Assembly (NCBI RefSeq): GCF_009914755.1
Contig: NC_060930.1
Direction: 5' to 3' (one strand)
DNA: 64,000 nt
Source: the human T2T-CHM13v2.0 reference genome, Homo sapiens
The notes beneath the pieces are model-generated. The model saw only the letters and a list, made by a program, of their open reading frames with translations. It made no database searches and was not told where the DNA came from. Shown here in pieces: positions 41,821 through 57,220 of the stretch (positions are counted from its first letter, which is position 1; each line of letters begins with the position of its first letter). The translations under genes were made by a program, and so were the position numbers.

Positions 41821-43026
41821 ATTGGAATGATTTTTAAAAATCAAAGAAAAGCATGATATCAAGGTCACCAGGACCTATGAGTGACATGTTGAGGTCAAGA
41901 ACTGGGAATGATGGTGAATGAGAGTAACACTGGTGCCCTAAGTTTTGGTCACACTCACCTAGGTGATAGCCTGACCAAAATGGGAGACTATTGTTACATA
42001 ACATTTATAGGAGGCCGTTAATTTGGACTGAGCTCCTGCACTAGGCCCCATCAGACCAAACCAAAATGGAGTCACTCATGCTAAAGTTTCATGTCACCAA
42101 ACTGAAACAAGAAATCAGGAGAGAAACATAATTAATGCCAAATCTCCAAACTGGCCAGCTTTAGCCAGCATGATAAGGAAGTCCCCTCTGCTTTAACCCT
42201 TACGAGGAAAGTAACTTTGAAACAACCAATGCACTTTTTGTTCCTTGTTTCTGCTTTCATCAAGCATTTTCCTGTCTTAAATACTCACTGCCCATGTTAT
42301 AGAGCGGAGCTCTCTGGACCTCTTCTGGTTGTGAGTGCCACCTGATTCATAAATTGTTCTTCACTCAAATAAACTCTGTTAACTTTATTTTTTCAAAAGC
42401 TTTTCACTCCCTGGACCTAGAATCTCTTTAAAAACCTGAAAAAAACTTTAAGCAGTCCTAACAAGACCTAAGGGTGGGAGAAGGTAGTAATAGAGACAGG
42501 GAACAACACTGATAAGTTATTTTCAATATTTGAAAGATGCCACATGGAAACTGTACAATTACTAGAGATAAGGTGCTAAGCTAACCATAATGTCCTGTTT
42601 CTAAGTTTGGGTTGGAACTACTTCAACTCACTATAAGAATTCTGATAATCGTATGCTGATCAAGGGTTTTTGTTGGTAGTTATAAATAGCCTTCGTTAAC
42701 AAAAGTGGGAGGGTAAGCCAATCATTACCTAATAAAGCAGTTCATTTCCATCATGGGTGTGGGTCCAAGAGAACAAAGACACAATCACAGGGACCCTCGG
42801 AGATAAAGTAGATGGAAACCTCTGATGTGACTGAACCTCCCTGGTACAGAGGAGGGAATGTAAAGCCAGTCAGGTAGGCTAATAGCAAGTTAATAAATAG
42901 GATTCAAACCTACATCCATGGACAACTCAACTTACCCTTTAAGCCCACAAACATATTACAGCACAGGGAATACAGCCACTGTCTGTCTACTAAGTCCTGT
43001 GACTTAAACAATAGAAAATACAGACC

Positions 43027-43920
43027 CAGAAACGTCTAACAGAACTTTCTGTAACTGAAGCTGCCTTTGCAAAAATTATAACAGAAAATTATGACAGTGA
43101 AAGAGATCTGACCTAACCAATTCCATCTTGCCTTTAATCTCCAAACTGCCCTTGGTCATTCCTGGGTGTGGGGCAAGCTAACTTTGGGAGAAATGTATAG
43201 TTTAAATGATAATAGTCCTCAAAACTAAACCACCTTTGTAAAACTAATCGAAGCTCACCAGGTTAGGAGAATGAGAGGGGCCTGAACTCTGCTACCATGT
43301 AGGCATAGCTAAATGATTACCAGCCATTATTCCAGAGGTTACAAGATTTGCAGCTTCCCCAATTACTCCTGTAAATAACACCACTGTTGTAGAACCTAAG
43401 ATTGGCCTTTAGAGATGTCTTTTCAAGCTTTTGCCTTTCTGACCAGATGGACCCACCGGGACCAGCAACTCTTCCGTGGCTCCCACCCAGAAGCCAACTG
43501 AGTGCACCAGGACCAGCTTCCACACCCCGATGGTTGCATCCCCAACCAATCAGCAGTACCAATTCCCTAGTCCTCTGTCTGCCAAACTATCCTTGCAAAA
43601 CCCTAGCTTCCACATTTTCGAGGAGGATGATTTGAGTAATAATAAAACTCCCATCTCCCCTTTAGCCAGTTCTCTGTGTATTAAACTCCTTCTCTTTTGC
43701 CATTCCCCTGTCTTGAAAAATCTGCTCTCTCTGGGTAGTAGGCAAGATGAACACATTGAGCAGTTACCTAATGATAAGAATGTTCATATCTGTGCTGCCC
43801 AAAGTGGTAGCCAGTAGCCACATGTGGCTGCTGAGTACTTGAAATATGAACAGTGTGGCTGAAGAACTTAGAACTGAGTTTTTAATTTAATTGTAATGGC
43901 TAATGTTTGGGACAATGAAG
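43027..43920 (+). mobile_element. MER3 (hAT-Charlie) split by LTR8A
   Basis: aacagaactttctgtaa|tgataagaatgttc..gtagccacatgtggct. Confidence 0.7.
43056..43768 (+). mobile_element. LTR8/LTR8A ERV1 solo LTR
   Basis: tgaagctgcctttgcaaaaattata..agatctgacctaacc..gcagttac; TSD taac / taat. Confidence 0.85.
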
Positions 43921-44003
43921 ATGGAGATAGACATTTGCATCATTCATAAAATTAAATTCCTCCTCTAAACTATTCAAAGCATAGGCAGTTATTTTCAAAC
44001 TTT

Positions 44004-44313
44004 TTTTTTTTTTTTTTTTTTTTTTTGAGACAGAGTCTTGCTCTGTCACCCAGGCTGGAATGCAGTGGTGTGATCTCGGCTCACCGCAACCTCAGCCTCC
44101 TGGGTTCAGGTGATTCTCCTGCCTCAGCCTCCTGGGTAGTTGGGATCATGGGTGTGTGCCACCATGCCCAGCTAATTTTTTGTGTGTATTTTTAGTAGAG
44201 ACAGGGTTTCACCATGTTGGTCAGGCTGGTCTTGAACTCCTGACCTCAGGTGATCTACCCACCTCGGCCTCCCAGAGTACTGGAATTACAGGCGTGAGCC
44301 ACCATGTCCAGCC
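44004..44313 (-). mobile_element. AluSx
   Basis: TSD tattttcaaacttt. Confidence 0.92.
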
Positions 44314-45704
44314 TATTTTCAAACTTTAAATCACAGAATTCCTTCTTCAAGGAAGAAAATATTATTCCTATACCAATTTAAATGCAAACTAGCAGTGTGA
44401 ACATAGGGGCAGGCCTAGAGCCCAACTCATCCCACTCCCCCACTGTCCACTCTTATCAGTTCTCACCTACCCTTGCTGGCTTCACCCACCCTGGCCCACT
44501 TGGGCCCTCAGGCACCTCGTCAGAACTCCTAAAACTGCACTGAACACAATGTGAAAGCCACCAATTAAAAAAGCAGAAGAGACCAGCATCAGGTAATTCC
44601 CCTAATAAATATTTACTGAGCAGCAACTGAGAACCAGGAACTGGGCTAGATGATGTAGGGGTGCACGGGAAATAAGGCCCCTGCCATGAAGAGACAGGAA
44701 AAGGTGATCATGTTTGTCAATAACATCTTAGCTGGATGCTGGATGATCCTTAGCTCATTTTGCCCTGGCATGAGCCCTGTGGTCTTCCTTTCACAGTTTA
44801 ATACACACTGGGCTCCAAAGAGCTCACCGAGGGGCATACACACCATGCACCAGGGAGGGGCTGGGACCCAGATCTTCCTGACCAGAGCTGTGCTGTGCCC
44901 TCCAGAGCTCGCCATCAAGATGGGGAATTTCTCTGTACCCAGATACGCAAACACAGGCCCTCGGGAGCTGGAAATGTGAGAAATAACATGACTCTCTGAG
45001 GGTTATGCTGTCAATAGATCAAAGAGAAGATATTCACAAGTAGCTCCCAGGCTGAGGGCCTCTACTATAAACAGATAGAATATAGGCAGTGTTTAACTAA
45101 ATAGAGTTGTTAGATGCAGGGGCGGTGGGGGTCAGCCACGAAAGGACAGGAAAGGAAAGGCCGAGGCAGATGTATACAAGGTGGACACAAGCACAATAGG
45201 GGACCAGAAGCTGGCTGAGGAGTTAGGTATGTCTAACCCATCCCAGGCCCCCATGGCATCCTGACTGTGGGATGAATTCATCAGCTCTTGAGCTTGAAGC
45301 CAGAGAGTCTTGTGTCTTTCCAGCTCCTATGTTCTGAGTCCAGGCCCGCTGCATCCTCTCTCTCTGCTGGCAAGAGGAAGAAGTGCTAGTGGGAGGGGTC
45401 TTCTTTCTTCCTGGAGATGCCCAGCATTGCAGTGCCTCCAGAAGGCCCGGACCACCAAGCCAGGCCACCCAGCCCTGCTTAATACTTCTTTCTCAGCCCA
45501 GAGTCATCTCTCCTCAGCTGTTCCATCATCAGAGGTTTCTCTCCTTGGACAGGGATTTCTCATGATGAATTTTAAAAGTGGTTATGAACAATGATGTGGT
45601 CTCCCACGAAGTTTTGACCACAGGAAGTGAATGTGCTGACTGAACCCTGAGATATGAGGTTCAGATGAGGGACCAGCAGTACTCATTGACCCTGCGTGGG
45701 CCCA

Positions 45705-45935
45705 GAAGTTAGTTTCAGCAAAGACTTCAAAGCAGCTATTACATATATGTTCAAATAATTAAAGAAAACTATAATGACAATGACTCAACAGACAGGGAGT
45801 CTCAATAGAGAGGTGGAAACTATAAACAAGAATTGAATTGAACATTCACTTCTGGCATGATGGGGTGAGAAGATAAACATGTCCCCTCCCAGAAAGGCAA
45901 TTATAAAGCTGCACACAACTGCCAAAACATATGTA
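45705..45935 (+). mobile_element. Old L1M 5'/ORF1 fragments
   Basis: caaagacttcaaagcagctatta..tatgttcaaataattaaagaaa. Confidence 0.55.
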
Positions 45936-46202
45936 ACACTTCTTAAAATGGAGGAACCCTTTGTTCAAACAGAAGTATGCATGGGAACTCAACTGCTGCA
46001 TGGAACAAATGGAAACCTGAGGGGGAAGCAGACCATCCTTCTCTCCTAGTTTGACCTGCTGTCTCCTTTGATGGGTCTCAGCACCCCCTTGAGAACCAGG
46101 GCAGTGAACCGGTAAACTGGCATTTGGGGGCTCACCTTAGGCCCTTAGGGTAAAGCTGGATTATATGGTAATAATCCTATCTCCAGGGGGTCTTGGTTTA
46201 GG

Positions 46203-47096
46203 TCAGTGGATCTTACTATAACCATTACATCCCAGGAGCCTTTCTAGAAATTTGTAGGGACTTTTGAGGTTATCTAAAAATAGGGGGTTAGTGTTGGCCT
46301 GTAGAGGGTGAGGGCCAGAGTTGCTGGGTGTGCCAAAATACGCCAGACTGTGCCCCACAATGAATTATCCTGCAGCCTTTACAACTTTTGAATGTCCTGA
46401 AATCTGTTTATAATTTTATAAACTAATAAAGTGAACCTAACTCACTTTTCATATAAACAAAATATACTTTTTGCATAGTTTTAATATATGCTGAATTGCT
46501 AGAAATAAGACTACCACATAAATCAAGCTAAGCTGATTGGCTTCTTTTTTTCTTTAACGTCACCAAAAGTTGATCCTCGTTTCAGAAAGTTGCACCATGA
46601 CCACAGAAAAGATCTACAGAAAAATCATAATAAATAATAAAGCCACATCACTGATAGTACCATGGCTTGTGGCATCTGAGTTGCCAATACAATACCTCAT
46701 ATCAATCTGCATTTTCTTACTAGTTAGTAGTAGCTTCTAATGAAGTCATGCCAAACATCTATACAATGAAATACACATTGTAGACGGTCTCCAACTTATG
46801 ATAGTTTGACTTACAATTTTTCAACTTTATGATCCTGCAAAAGTGATATTTACTCAGTAGCTCCTAGATTTGTGATGGATGTAATCCTGTCATAAGCTGG
46901 GGAGCATCAGCATTTTATCGTAAGTTACTTTCCTTTTATTCTCTCTTATAATATTAACACCTAGAGTATCGTATCAATGTATTTGGAAATTGCATGTGGA
47001 GGTCAATTATATTATCTATGATTTTCATGATAGATAAAGGGCATAACAAAAATATTTCTTGTAAAAAGGGGAGGAAGGTCTGACAGAGAACTACTG
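46203..47096 (+). mobile_element. MER20B-like hAT element with a Tigger5/MER47-like MITE at ~46780-46910
   Basis: cagtg...tactg termini; gagggtgagggccagag..ccccacaatgaattatcc; nested ccaacttatgatagtttgacttacaatttttc..ggagcatc. Confidence 0.65.
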
Positions 47097-48213
47097 ACTT
47101 AAACAGTACTCTTATCATTTCCACCATCTCTACTACTTTCTTTCAATGGGGTGGGGTAGAGAAAACATGAGCTAATATGAGAAAAATATAGGTGTATACA
47201 ATTAAATGCCAAACCACATGGTTCAGCCTGGGTATCTAGGATAAATTCTTGAAAAAGGTTGCTCAATGGGAGCTGGAGTAATTAGGGAGGCTTCATGGAG
47301 ATGAGGCTTAAGCAGGACTTTTGGGGTGGGGGATTAGGGTTTGGAGGGCAGAAGAGAGGAACCTCTTCTAGTGCCTTGCAATATAGGAAGGACTCAGTGC
47401 AAATGTGTTGAAGGTGAAGGGGAGAATAGTCTTAGCCTAGGCACTGCAGCACGCGAACAGACAGCCGTGCAGAGGCACAGGGCTGCTAAACGTGTTCTGC
47501 CTCCTCAGAGGCTCCAAGGGAATTCAGCACTTAGTTACGGATTTCACTGTTACAGTGCTTTGAGAATTGTTTATCATTACAGCCTGTCACTGCTGCTAAG
47601 GAATAAATGTTTAATTTCCTAATTCAGAGGCACTAGAAATAGTAATATTAGAGTCATTCATCTAAACATAAAGATGGCAGCCCTTAGTAATAATAGCAGG
47701 AGACACTCAGTTTGTAATCAGCCACTGCTTTGTAACAATAAAGATTTCCAAACAAAATGCTTTGAATGTTCTGTAATCATGCTAATGGCATTAAATAAGT
47801 CTCTGACTGGTTAAACTCCCCGTATCTGAATGATTTTGACTGCTAGTATCAGAAAATCTAAATAAAATTTATTTTTAAAATAAGGTCATTTATAATCTCC
47901 CAGAAAGGAAATCCAGAGATAGGGCAGTTCCAGGACTGATTAGATCACAGATTCGATGCTGTTCTTAAGGATCCCAGCTCTTTCCACCTTTGTTCTCATT
48001 GGTTCTCACGTTTCAGCTTGGCCTTTGAGACTAGCTCCCTTCATGGCCCTGACATGGCTGTCACAGTTCCTTAGCTCATTTACAGATATCCACAGGTAGA
48101 AAAGGGAATTTTGGTGTCTTGGTTATCTTTTTAAGCTGAAACAAACCCTACTAGAACCCCCCTAGAAGATTTTCCCTCCAATTTTATTGGCCAGAATTTT
48201 ATTACATTCCCTG

Positions 48214-48979
48214 TGATATGGTTAGGAGGCTTGCCCCCTCTAAATCTCATGTTGAAGTGACCCTCAATGTTGGAGAAGGGGGGCCTAGTGGGAGGTATTT
48301 GGGTGATGGGGGTGGGTCCTTCATGAATGGCTTTGTGCGCTCCCCATGGACATTAGTTCACACAAGAGCTGGTTGTTTAAACAGCCTTGGACACTGCCTT
48401 CTTTCTCTCCCTCTCTCTCCCTAGTCATGTGACACAACTGCTCCTCCTTCACCTTCTGCCATGATTGAAAGCTTCCTGAGACCTCCCCAGAAGCAGATGC
48501 CAGTGCCATGCTTCTTGTACAGCCTGCAGAACCATGAGTGGTATAGTTTGGCTCTGTGTCCCCACCCAAATCTCATATAAAATTGTAATCCCTATGTGTT
48601 CAGGGAGGACCTGGTAGGAGGTGATTGGTCATGGGGGTAGTTTCCCCTGTGGTGTTCTTGTGACAGTGAGGGAGTTCTCATGAGATCTCAGGGTTTAAAT
48701 GTGGTATTTTCCTCTGTGCTCTCTCTCTCTCTCCTGCCACCTTGTGAAGAAGGCACCTGCTTCCCCTTCCACCATGGTTGTAAGTTTCCTGAGGCCTCCC
48801 CAGCCAGGCAGAACTATAAGTCAATTAAACCTCTTTTGTTTATAAATTACCCAGTCTCAGGTAGTGTCTTTATAGCAGTGTGAAAATGGACTAACACAGT
48901 GAGCCAAAATAAACCTCTTTTCTTTATAAATTAACCAGTCTTAGATATTTTTTAATAGCAATGCAAATGGACTAACACA
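48214..48979 (+). mobile_element. MSTB LTR containing a THE1D-like LTR (48539-48898)
   Basis: Outer TSD ccctg / ccatg; inner TSD atgag / gtgag. Confidence 0.85.
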
Positions 48980-49016
48980 CCATGCTTAAACCAATAGCTT
49001 GGCAAAGAAAACATGA

Positions 49017-49709
<693 letters not shown>

Positions 49710-50014
49710 GAGTTCAGTGTATTTGGTTAGGTCCAATCAGTATTTATCTGGAGCTGAGGAAGGGGCCCACCCTTCTCAGAAGGACATGGCCACTCTGGAC
49801 AGAGTGAACAAATCAAGCTTCTGACAGCAAGGAGGAAGCAAAGGATGGCTGGACAGGAGGCAACAACAGCATCTGTTGCAACCAGGGATTTCCAAATTGT
49901 TTCATCAGAGCATTCTTTGGAGGTACAAGAAAAAAACAGTTCTTTGGCCAAGTAAGCTTAGAAAGGTTGCACTATATCACCTTCCTGGAAATGCACAATG
50001 TTATCAGCATATTA

Positions 50015-50641
<627 letters not shown>

Positions 50642-51552
50642 TGGTCCTGTTCTTTTTAATGGTGTTAACCCACAATTTTCCAGATGTATTTGGCCATGTA
50701 ATTTTTTGCTTGTGAAAATCTGTGAACAAGACAATAAAAGCAGTGTTTCATGAAACATTCATTTGTGACACACTAGGATGGATATTGAATATTTGTTTGG
50801 CTTTCTGAACAATATTTTAAGTTGGATTTAGATGTTAATAAGTTTCATGTGCAGATACATTGATAAGGAGGATTTTAGGTAGTTTTAACTTGAAATGTTT
50901 TGCTGATTTTTTAAAACAGCGTAAAATGTTGCAGAATCCATTTGCTGCTTTCTCTGAATTAGAAAGGGTGTGGTGGCCGTGGCAGGCTGGAGATTGGCTT
51001 GTTTGCTGAAACTATATCTGATGAAAAGATCTAGATTCTAGAGCCATTGTTTTTATTCCTTAGCCTTGGGAGCAAACAAAAGTTCATTCTGTTGGCCAGG
51101 GCAAGTCCCAGATAAGATGTTCAGCCTTTCTATTATTTTTTTTTTTCCACAGAACATAGGGACAGGAACAATACAAAGAGCCTGTCAAAAGCCACGTAGT
51201 ATGTAAACCACCCCAAGGGCAACGGAATGGTTGATGGTTTCCAACAGTGAGGTTACATGGCCTTGTGTAGATTAGTAACCAATTAGAAAAGTTTCAATTT
51301 AGGAAGTTATTCCATATGCCCAATCAATCTTCTATAGCTCACGTAAACAATGTAATTGGACATTCATTATATGTACAGGGCCCTGGGGAGATTCAAAGGT
51401 GAACAAAAACAGAAATACGGTACTTGCTCTAACAAGTACACTATTTAGTTCATGTCAAGATACAAGCCTAAATGTTAAATGAGAATAGAACAACTAAATA
51501 ATGCAGGGCAATTATACGAGAAAAGTCACCAGGCAGTTGTAAGACTACATGA

Positions 51553-51875
51553 GGCTGGGCACAGTGGCTCACGCCTGTAATCCCAGCACTTTGGGAGGCT
51601 GAGGTGGGCAGATCACTTGAGGTCAGGAGTTTGAAACCAGCCTGGCCAATATAGTGAAATTCCATCTGTACTAAAAATATAAAAATTAGCCAGGCCTGGT
51701 GGTCGGTGCCTGTAATCCCAGCTACTGGGGAGGCTGAGGCATGAGAATCACTTGAACCCGGGGGGGGTGGAGGTTGCAGTGAGCCAAGATCGTGTCACCG
51801 CTGAGCCAAGATTGTGTCACTGCACTCCAGCCTGGGTGACAGAGCGAGACTGTGTCTCCAAAAAAAAAAAAAAAA
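51553..51875 (+). mobile_element. AluSx with internal 22-bp duplication
   Basis: TSD aagactacatga at 51541-51552 and 51874-51885; duplication at 51780-51823. Confidence 0.92.
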
Positions 51876-53329
51876 GACTACATGAAACACACACAAGAAT
51901 TTCTGCTTCAAAACCTATTTTTCCTCATTGAGAATTTGCTAGAAAAAAAAAAGAACGTGTTACAAACAATTGCAGGAGAACTTTTCATACCATTTAGTTG
52001 GTAGAAGCCTCCATTTGGCCTGTAATTCTTTTTTGAGTCATCTTGTTCAAGTTCCTATTAAGCAAATAAGTAATTATATATGAAAATATGTATACTCATA
52101 TATTACAATTAATGCTAAGCTCCTTGCTCAGGTCAAAAAAGCTTTTATAAACATAGTATGAGCAGAAAAGCAAATACAAATATATTCCTTGCCTATGTGA
52201 AAATATGTGTGGATTTTTTTAAGCCATTGGAAAATTGAGAAAGTGTTTTTTAGAAGATGTTTAGATATGTGTGGGTAGAATTGAAATGCTCCTGGTTAGA
52301 AAAACTTAGAAAGTTTCTACAAATTCTCTAGGGAGAAATATGCCTTTGGGTTTTCTGGATCCACCTCTTCTCCCTTTTCCACTTGCATTTGAACCTTCTC
52401 TTTCCTTTGCCCTGCTCAATTGGGATGATGCTTCCAGCAGTTTCTCCTAAGGGCAGGACTTTGGAAGGGAGCCCTGTTTTATTGGTTTAGAGTTTATAGA
52501 CCTTGACTGCTCCAACTCCATCAGGCCTCACCGAGTGGTGCTTACCAGCTAACTGAAATCTGAGAGTTCCTACTCCCACCCACTCGTGCACTAGGGGCTG
52601 CTGTAATCAGAGGGACCCCTTGTGCTGTCTACTTGCAGATGGATGATCTCTTTTTCTCTCAAAATTCACAAGTTATTTTTGTTCCTGGCTGTCTTTCTCA
52701 TATAAACGGTACAAAAGTACTGGCAACTGAGAAGTTTTGTGAATCTCTAGGCCACGCCTTATAAGATATGATCACTTAGGAGTTGGAAGTACGGATGGTA
52801 ATTTATGAGAACCACAGTGTAGAAATAGAGGAATTATGTTCCCTTTAGAATCTCAGATGCAGGTGGATCCAGACTAGCTGGGTGGCTTCTTTTTAATGTT
52901 GCAATTGAACGTCCAGAAAAGATAGTTGCTCCTTGGTAGAACCACAGCTATAAATGGTATAGAAATACAATTTAGTGAACTTTTCCTTGCTGATGTAGGA
53001 GGAACAAAAGGAGGTGATGGGTGATGTCACCAAAACACAACAAAAGAGTGCCTCATTTTTTCAAGAGTTTCGTTAATGAAGCCAGGTCCTGGTGCTTGTT
53101 GGACAGCCCGCTGCTTGTGGGAATGCCTCCAGGCACGAGGAGTGGTGCCCTTCTTGGCATTCACTCATGCAAAATGGCTAACCCAGTCATCTGTACAGAT
53201 ACAGATGTCATCCTCTGTCAAAAGAGTGATCATCAAATGAAGGAGATAAAGAACATTGAACTTTGTATTTATACTAGAAACACAGATTCAAACACAGAAG
53301 TTGGAGAGGAAAGTGCAAACCAAAGGAAA

Positions 53330-53560
53330 TCATATTTATTCAGAATCTACTTTGGGGCAGGCACTCTGGTCAGCACTCATCTCATTTATTCTGTAAACTC
53401 TGTGAGGTAAATAATATTTTTGGCATTTGACAAGGACTAAAACAAGATCACAGAGGTTCAGTAACTTATCTAAGATCACACAGCTCAGAGCCCTGTGTAT
53501 AGAAAGGGCTGGGCATCAAGCCTAAGTGTGTCTAGTCTCCAAAACCCGTGTAATTTTTGT
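53330..53560 (-). mobile_element. MIR
   Basis: atctcatttattctgtaaactctgtgaggta..cagaggttcagtaacttatctaagatcacacagct. Confidence 0.75.
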
Positions 53561-53843
53561 CATGCTGTGTTGATACAGCTGAGGCAGAGGTGAATATCAC
53601 AACTCAATCATTACTAGGAAGTATAAGTAGAAATCATCCCTGTGAGATTTAAGCAGCTCAATGTTTATGGTCTTTTCTGCAATGTGGGAAAAATACAATG
53701 GGAAATGCCATGAAATCAACTGATAGGGGCCCTGGGTCAATCAACTTTTTCCTGTTCTTGGTCATAAGAAAGGTAACCACCCTGAAAAAAATGTTGGGAT
53801 CAGGGAGTAGTTTTCCCCAAATACTTGAGAGGTTATCCCTTGG

Positions 53844-54549
<706 letters not shown>

Positions 54550-55131
54550 CTTGGGATGACTTCAAAACTCCTCTGCTCCTCTACCTATGATCTTCATTCA
54601 TGTTCAGCAGCTGGCACTCATAAGTACACAAAGATCTAAGAAAAATGTACAATTTAGAAAAAGATTTTCATTGACAAAAGTTGAACTAAAAAAGATGTTG
54701 TATTTTATGCTCAGCAAACAAAATGAGATTTTTGTATTTATGTAAGATCACCTATTTTCTTCTCCCTACTCCCAAAGACTAAGATTAATTTAGTGCTCAA
54801 GCACCCATAGTTGCCTGTCAAGGTTAGTAGTGTTAAAATTGAGAATCCTCAGTGGAGCCAGAGACTAGGAAGGAAAGGAGGCCCAAGCAGAGGTAGGAGA
54901 AGGGACAGAACCTGACTCTCTCATTAGAAGGAGGACCAAAATTTTTTTTTAAGGCACAGGACACACTACTTTTTGCCAATCAGATTGGTTCGTAATTTAA
55001 AGATTGCTCACAGTGAGTTTTGGTAAGGCCAAAGGATATGGGCATTCTCATACACTGTTAGTGGGGGTGTAATTAGTACAGCCATTTTCGAAAGTAATTT
55101 GGGAGAATGTGTGAGAAGAGTACTCATAAGT

Positions 55132-55280
55132 CACTGGTTCTTAAACTCCAGCATGCATCAGAATCACCTGGAGGCTCATTAAAGCAGATTGCTGAGTCCC
55201 ACCCCCAGAGTTTCAGATTCAGTGGTTTAGAGTGGGGCCTGAGAAGATTTAGTTCTAAAAAGTTCCCAGGTGATACTGAT
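55132..55280 (+). mobile_element. MER5A, 3'-truncated at the L1 junction
   Basis: cagcatgcatcagaatcacctggagg..ggggcctgaga..gttcccaggtgatactgat. Confidence 0.8.
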
Positions 55281-56174
55281 AGCCAGAATCTACAAAGAAC
55301 ATAAACAGATTTACAGGAAAAAAACAAACAACCCCATCAACAAGTGGGCGAAGGATATGAACAGACACTTCTCAAAAGAAGACACTTATGCAGCCAAAAG
55401 ACACATGAAAAAATGCTCATCATCACTGGCCATCAGAGAAATGCATATCAAAACCACAATGAGATACCATCTCACACCAGTTAGAATGGCGATCATTAAA
55501 AAGTCAGGAAACAACAGGTGCTGGAGAGGATGTGGAGAAGTAGGAACACTTTTACACTGTTGGTGGGACTGTAAACTAGTTCAACCATTGTGGAAGACAG
55601 TGTGGCGATTCCTCAAGGATCCAGAACTAGAAATACCATTTGACCCAGCCATCCCATTACTGGGTATATACCCAAAGGATTATAAATCATGCTGCTATAA
55701 AGACAAATGCACACTTAGGTTTATTGCGGCACTATTCACAATAGCAAAGACTTGGAACCAACCCAAATGTCCATCAATGATAGATTGGATTAAGAAAATG
55801 TGGCACATATACACCATGGAATACTATGCAGCCATAAAAAATGATGAGTTCATGTCCTTTGTAGGGGCATGGATGAAGCTGGAAACCATCATTCTCAGCA
55901 AACTATTGCAAGGACAAAATACCAAACACCGCATGTTCTCACTTATAGGTGGGAATTGAACAATGAGAACACTTGGACACAGGAAGGGGAACATCACACA
56001 CTGGGGCCTGTTGTGGGGTAGGGGGAGGGGGGAGGGATAGCATTGGGAGATATACTTTATGTAAATGACGAGTTAATGGGTGCAGCACACCAACATGGCA
56101 CATGTATACATATGTAACAAACCTGCACGTTGTGCACGTGTACCCTAGAACTTAAAGTATTAAAAAAAAAAAAA
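55277..56174 (+). mobile_element. L1PA (PA5/6-like) 3' fragment, ~900 bp
   Basis: Open ORF2 C-terminus including the CCHC motif [18 protein letters not shown]; G-rich 3'UTR; A tail; no TSD. Confidence 0.95.
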
Positions 56175-56449
56175 TTAGCCAGGCCTAGTGGCACACACCT
56201 GCAGTCCTAGCTACTTGGGAGACTGAGATAGGAGGATAACTTGTGCCCAGGAATTCAAGGTTGCAGTGAACTGTGATCATCCCACTGCACTCCAGCCTTG
56301 GCAACAGGGGCAAGACCCCCATCTCTAAAAACAATAACAATAATAATAATAATTTAAAAATTTTTAAATGGGGATAACCTGGGCAATAGCAAGAACCCCA
56401 TCTCTAAAAACAAAAAATAATTGAAATAAATTTTTAAGAAATGGGGATA
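56175..56449 (+). mobile_element. AluJ right arm with a duplicated 3' end
   Basis: Starts aaaattagcc directly after the L1 tail; ..catctctaaaaacaa..aaatggggataa occurs twice. Confidence 0.8.
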
Positions 56450-56904
56450 ATAATAGTGTCTACTTCATACACTTGTGAGAATGAAATGAATTAATATATA
56501 TAAAGTGCGTATCAGAAGTGCTCAATAAATATTAGCTCCATAAATGTTATCATAATTAAAGGTGCTCATTGCCTTTCAGTTGGTAATTTCATATCTACGT
56601 ATATATCTTATGAGAAATATTTATATTACAACATAGATGAAGGCATTCCTTGCCTTGTGGTCTCATCATTCCAATCTCTGCCTCCACCTTACCATTGCCT
56701 TATCCTCTGTGTTTCTCCCAGGAATGAATGCAAGGTTCTTCCAGCATTCAAAAATCAATGTGATTCATTACATTAACAACATAAAGGAGAAAAAAGTTAT
56801 GATCATTTCATATATAGAAAAGGCATTTAACAAAAGTTAGCATCAGTTCATGATGAGAACTGTTATCAAAATAGGAGTAGAAAAAAACTTATTCAATTCA
56901 ATAA

Positions 56905-57220
<316 letters not shown>

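Noticed and set aside
53021-53410. 129-aa ORF in semi-unique DNA
   Set aside because: GTG start, no recognisable domain, runs into a MIR, no splice evidence.
55270-55959. 229-aa ORF, the longest in the window
   Set aside because: It is the L1 ORF2 C-terminus of a 5'-truncated copy, and its start is a GTG inside MER5A. Not a host gene.
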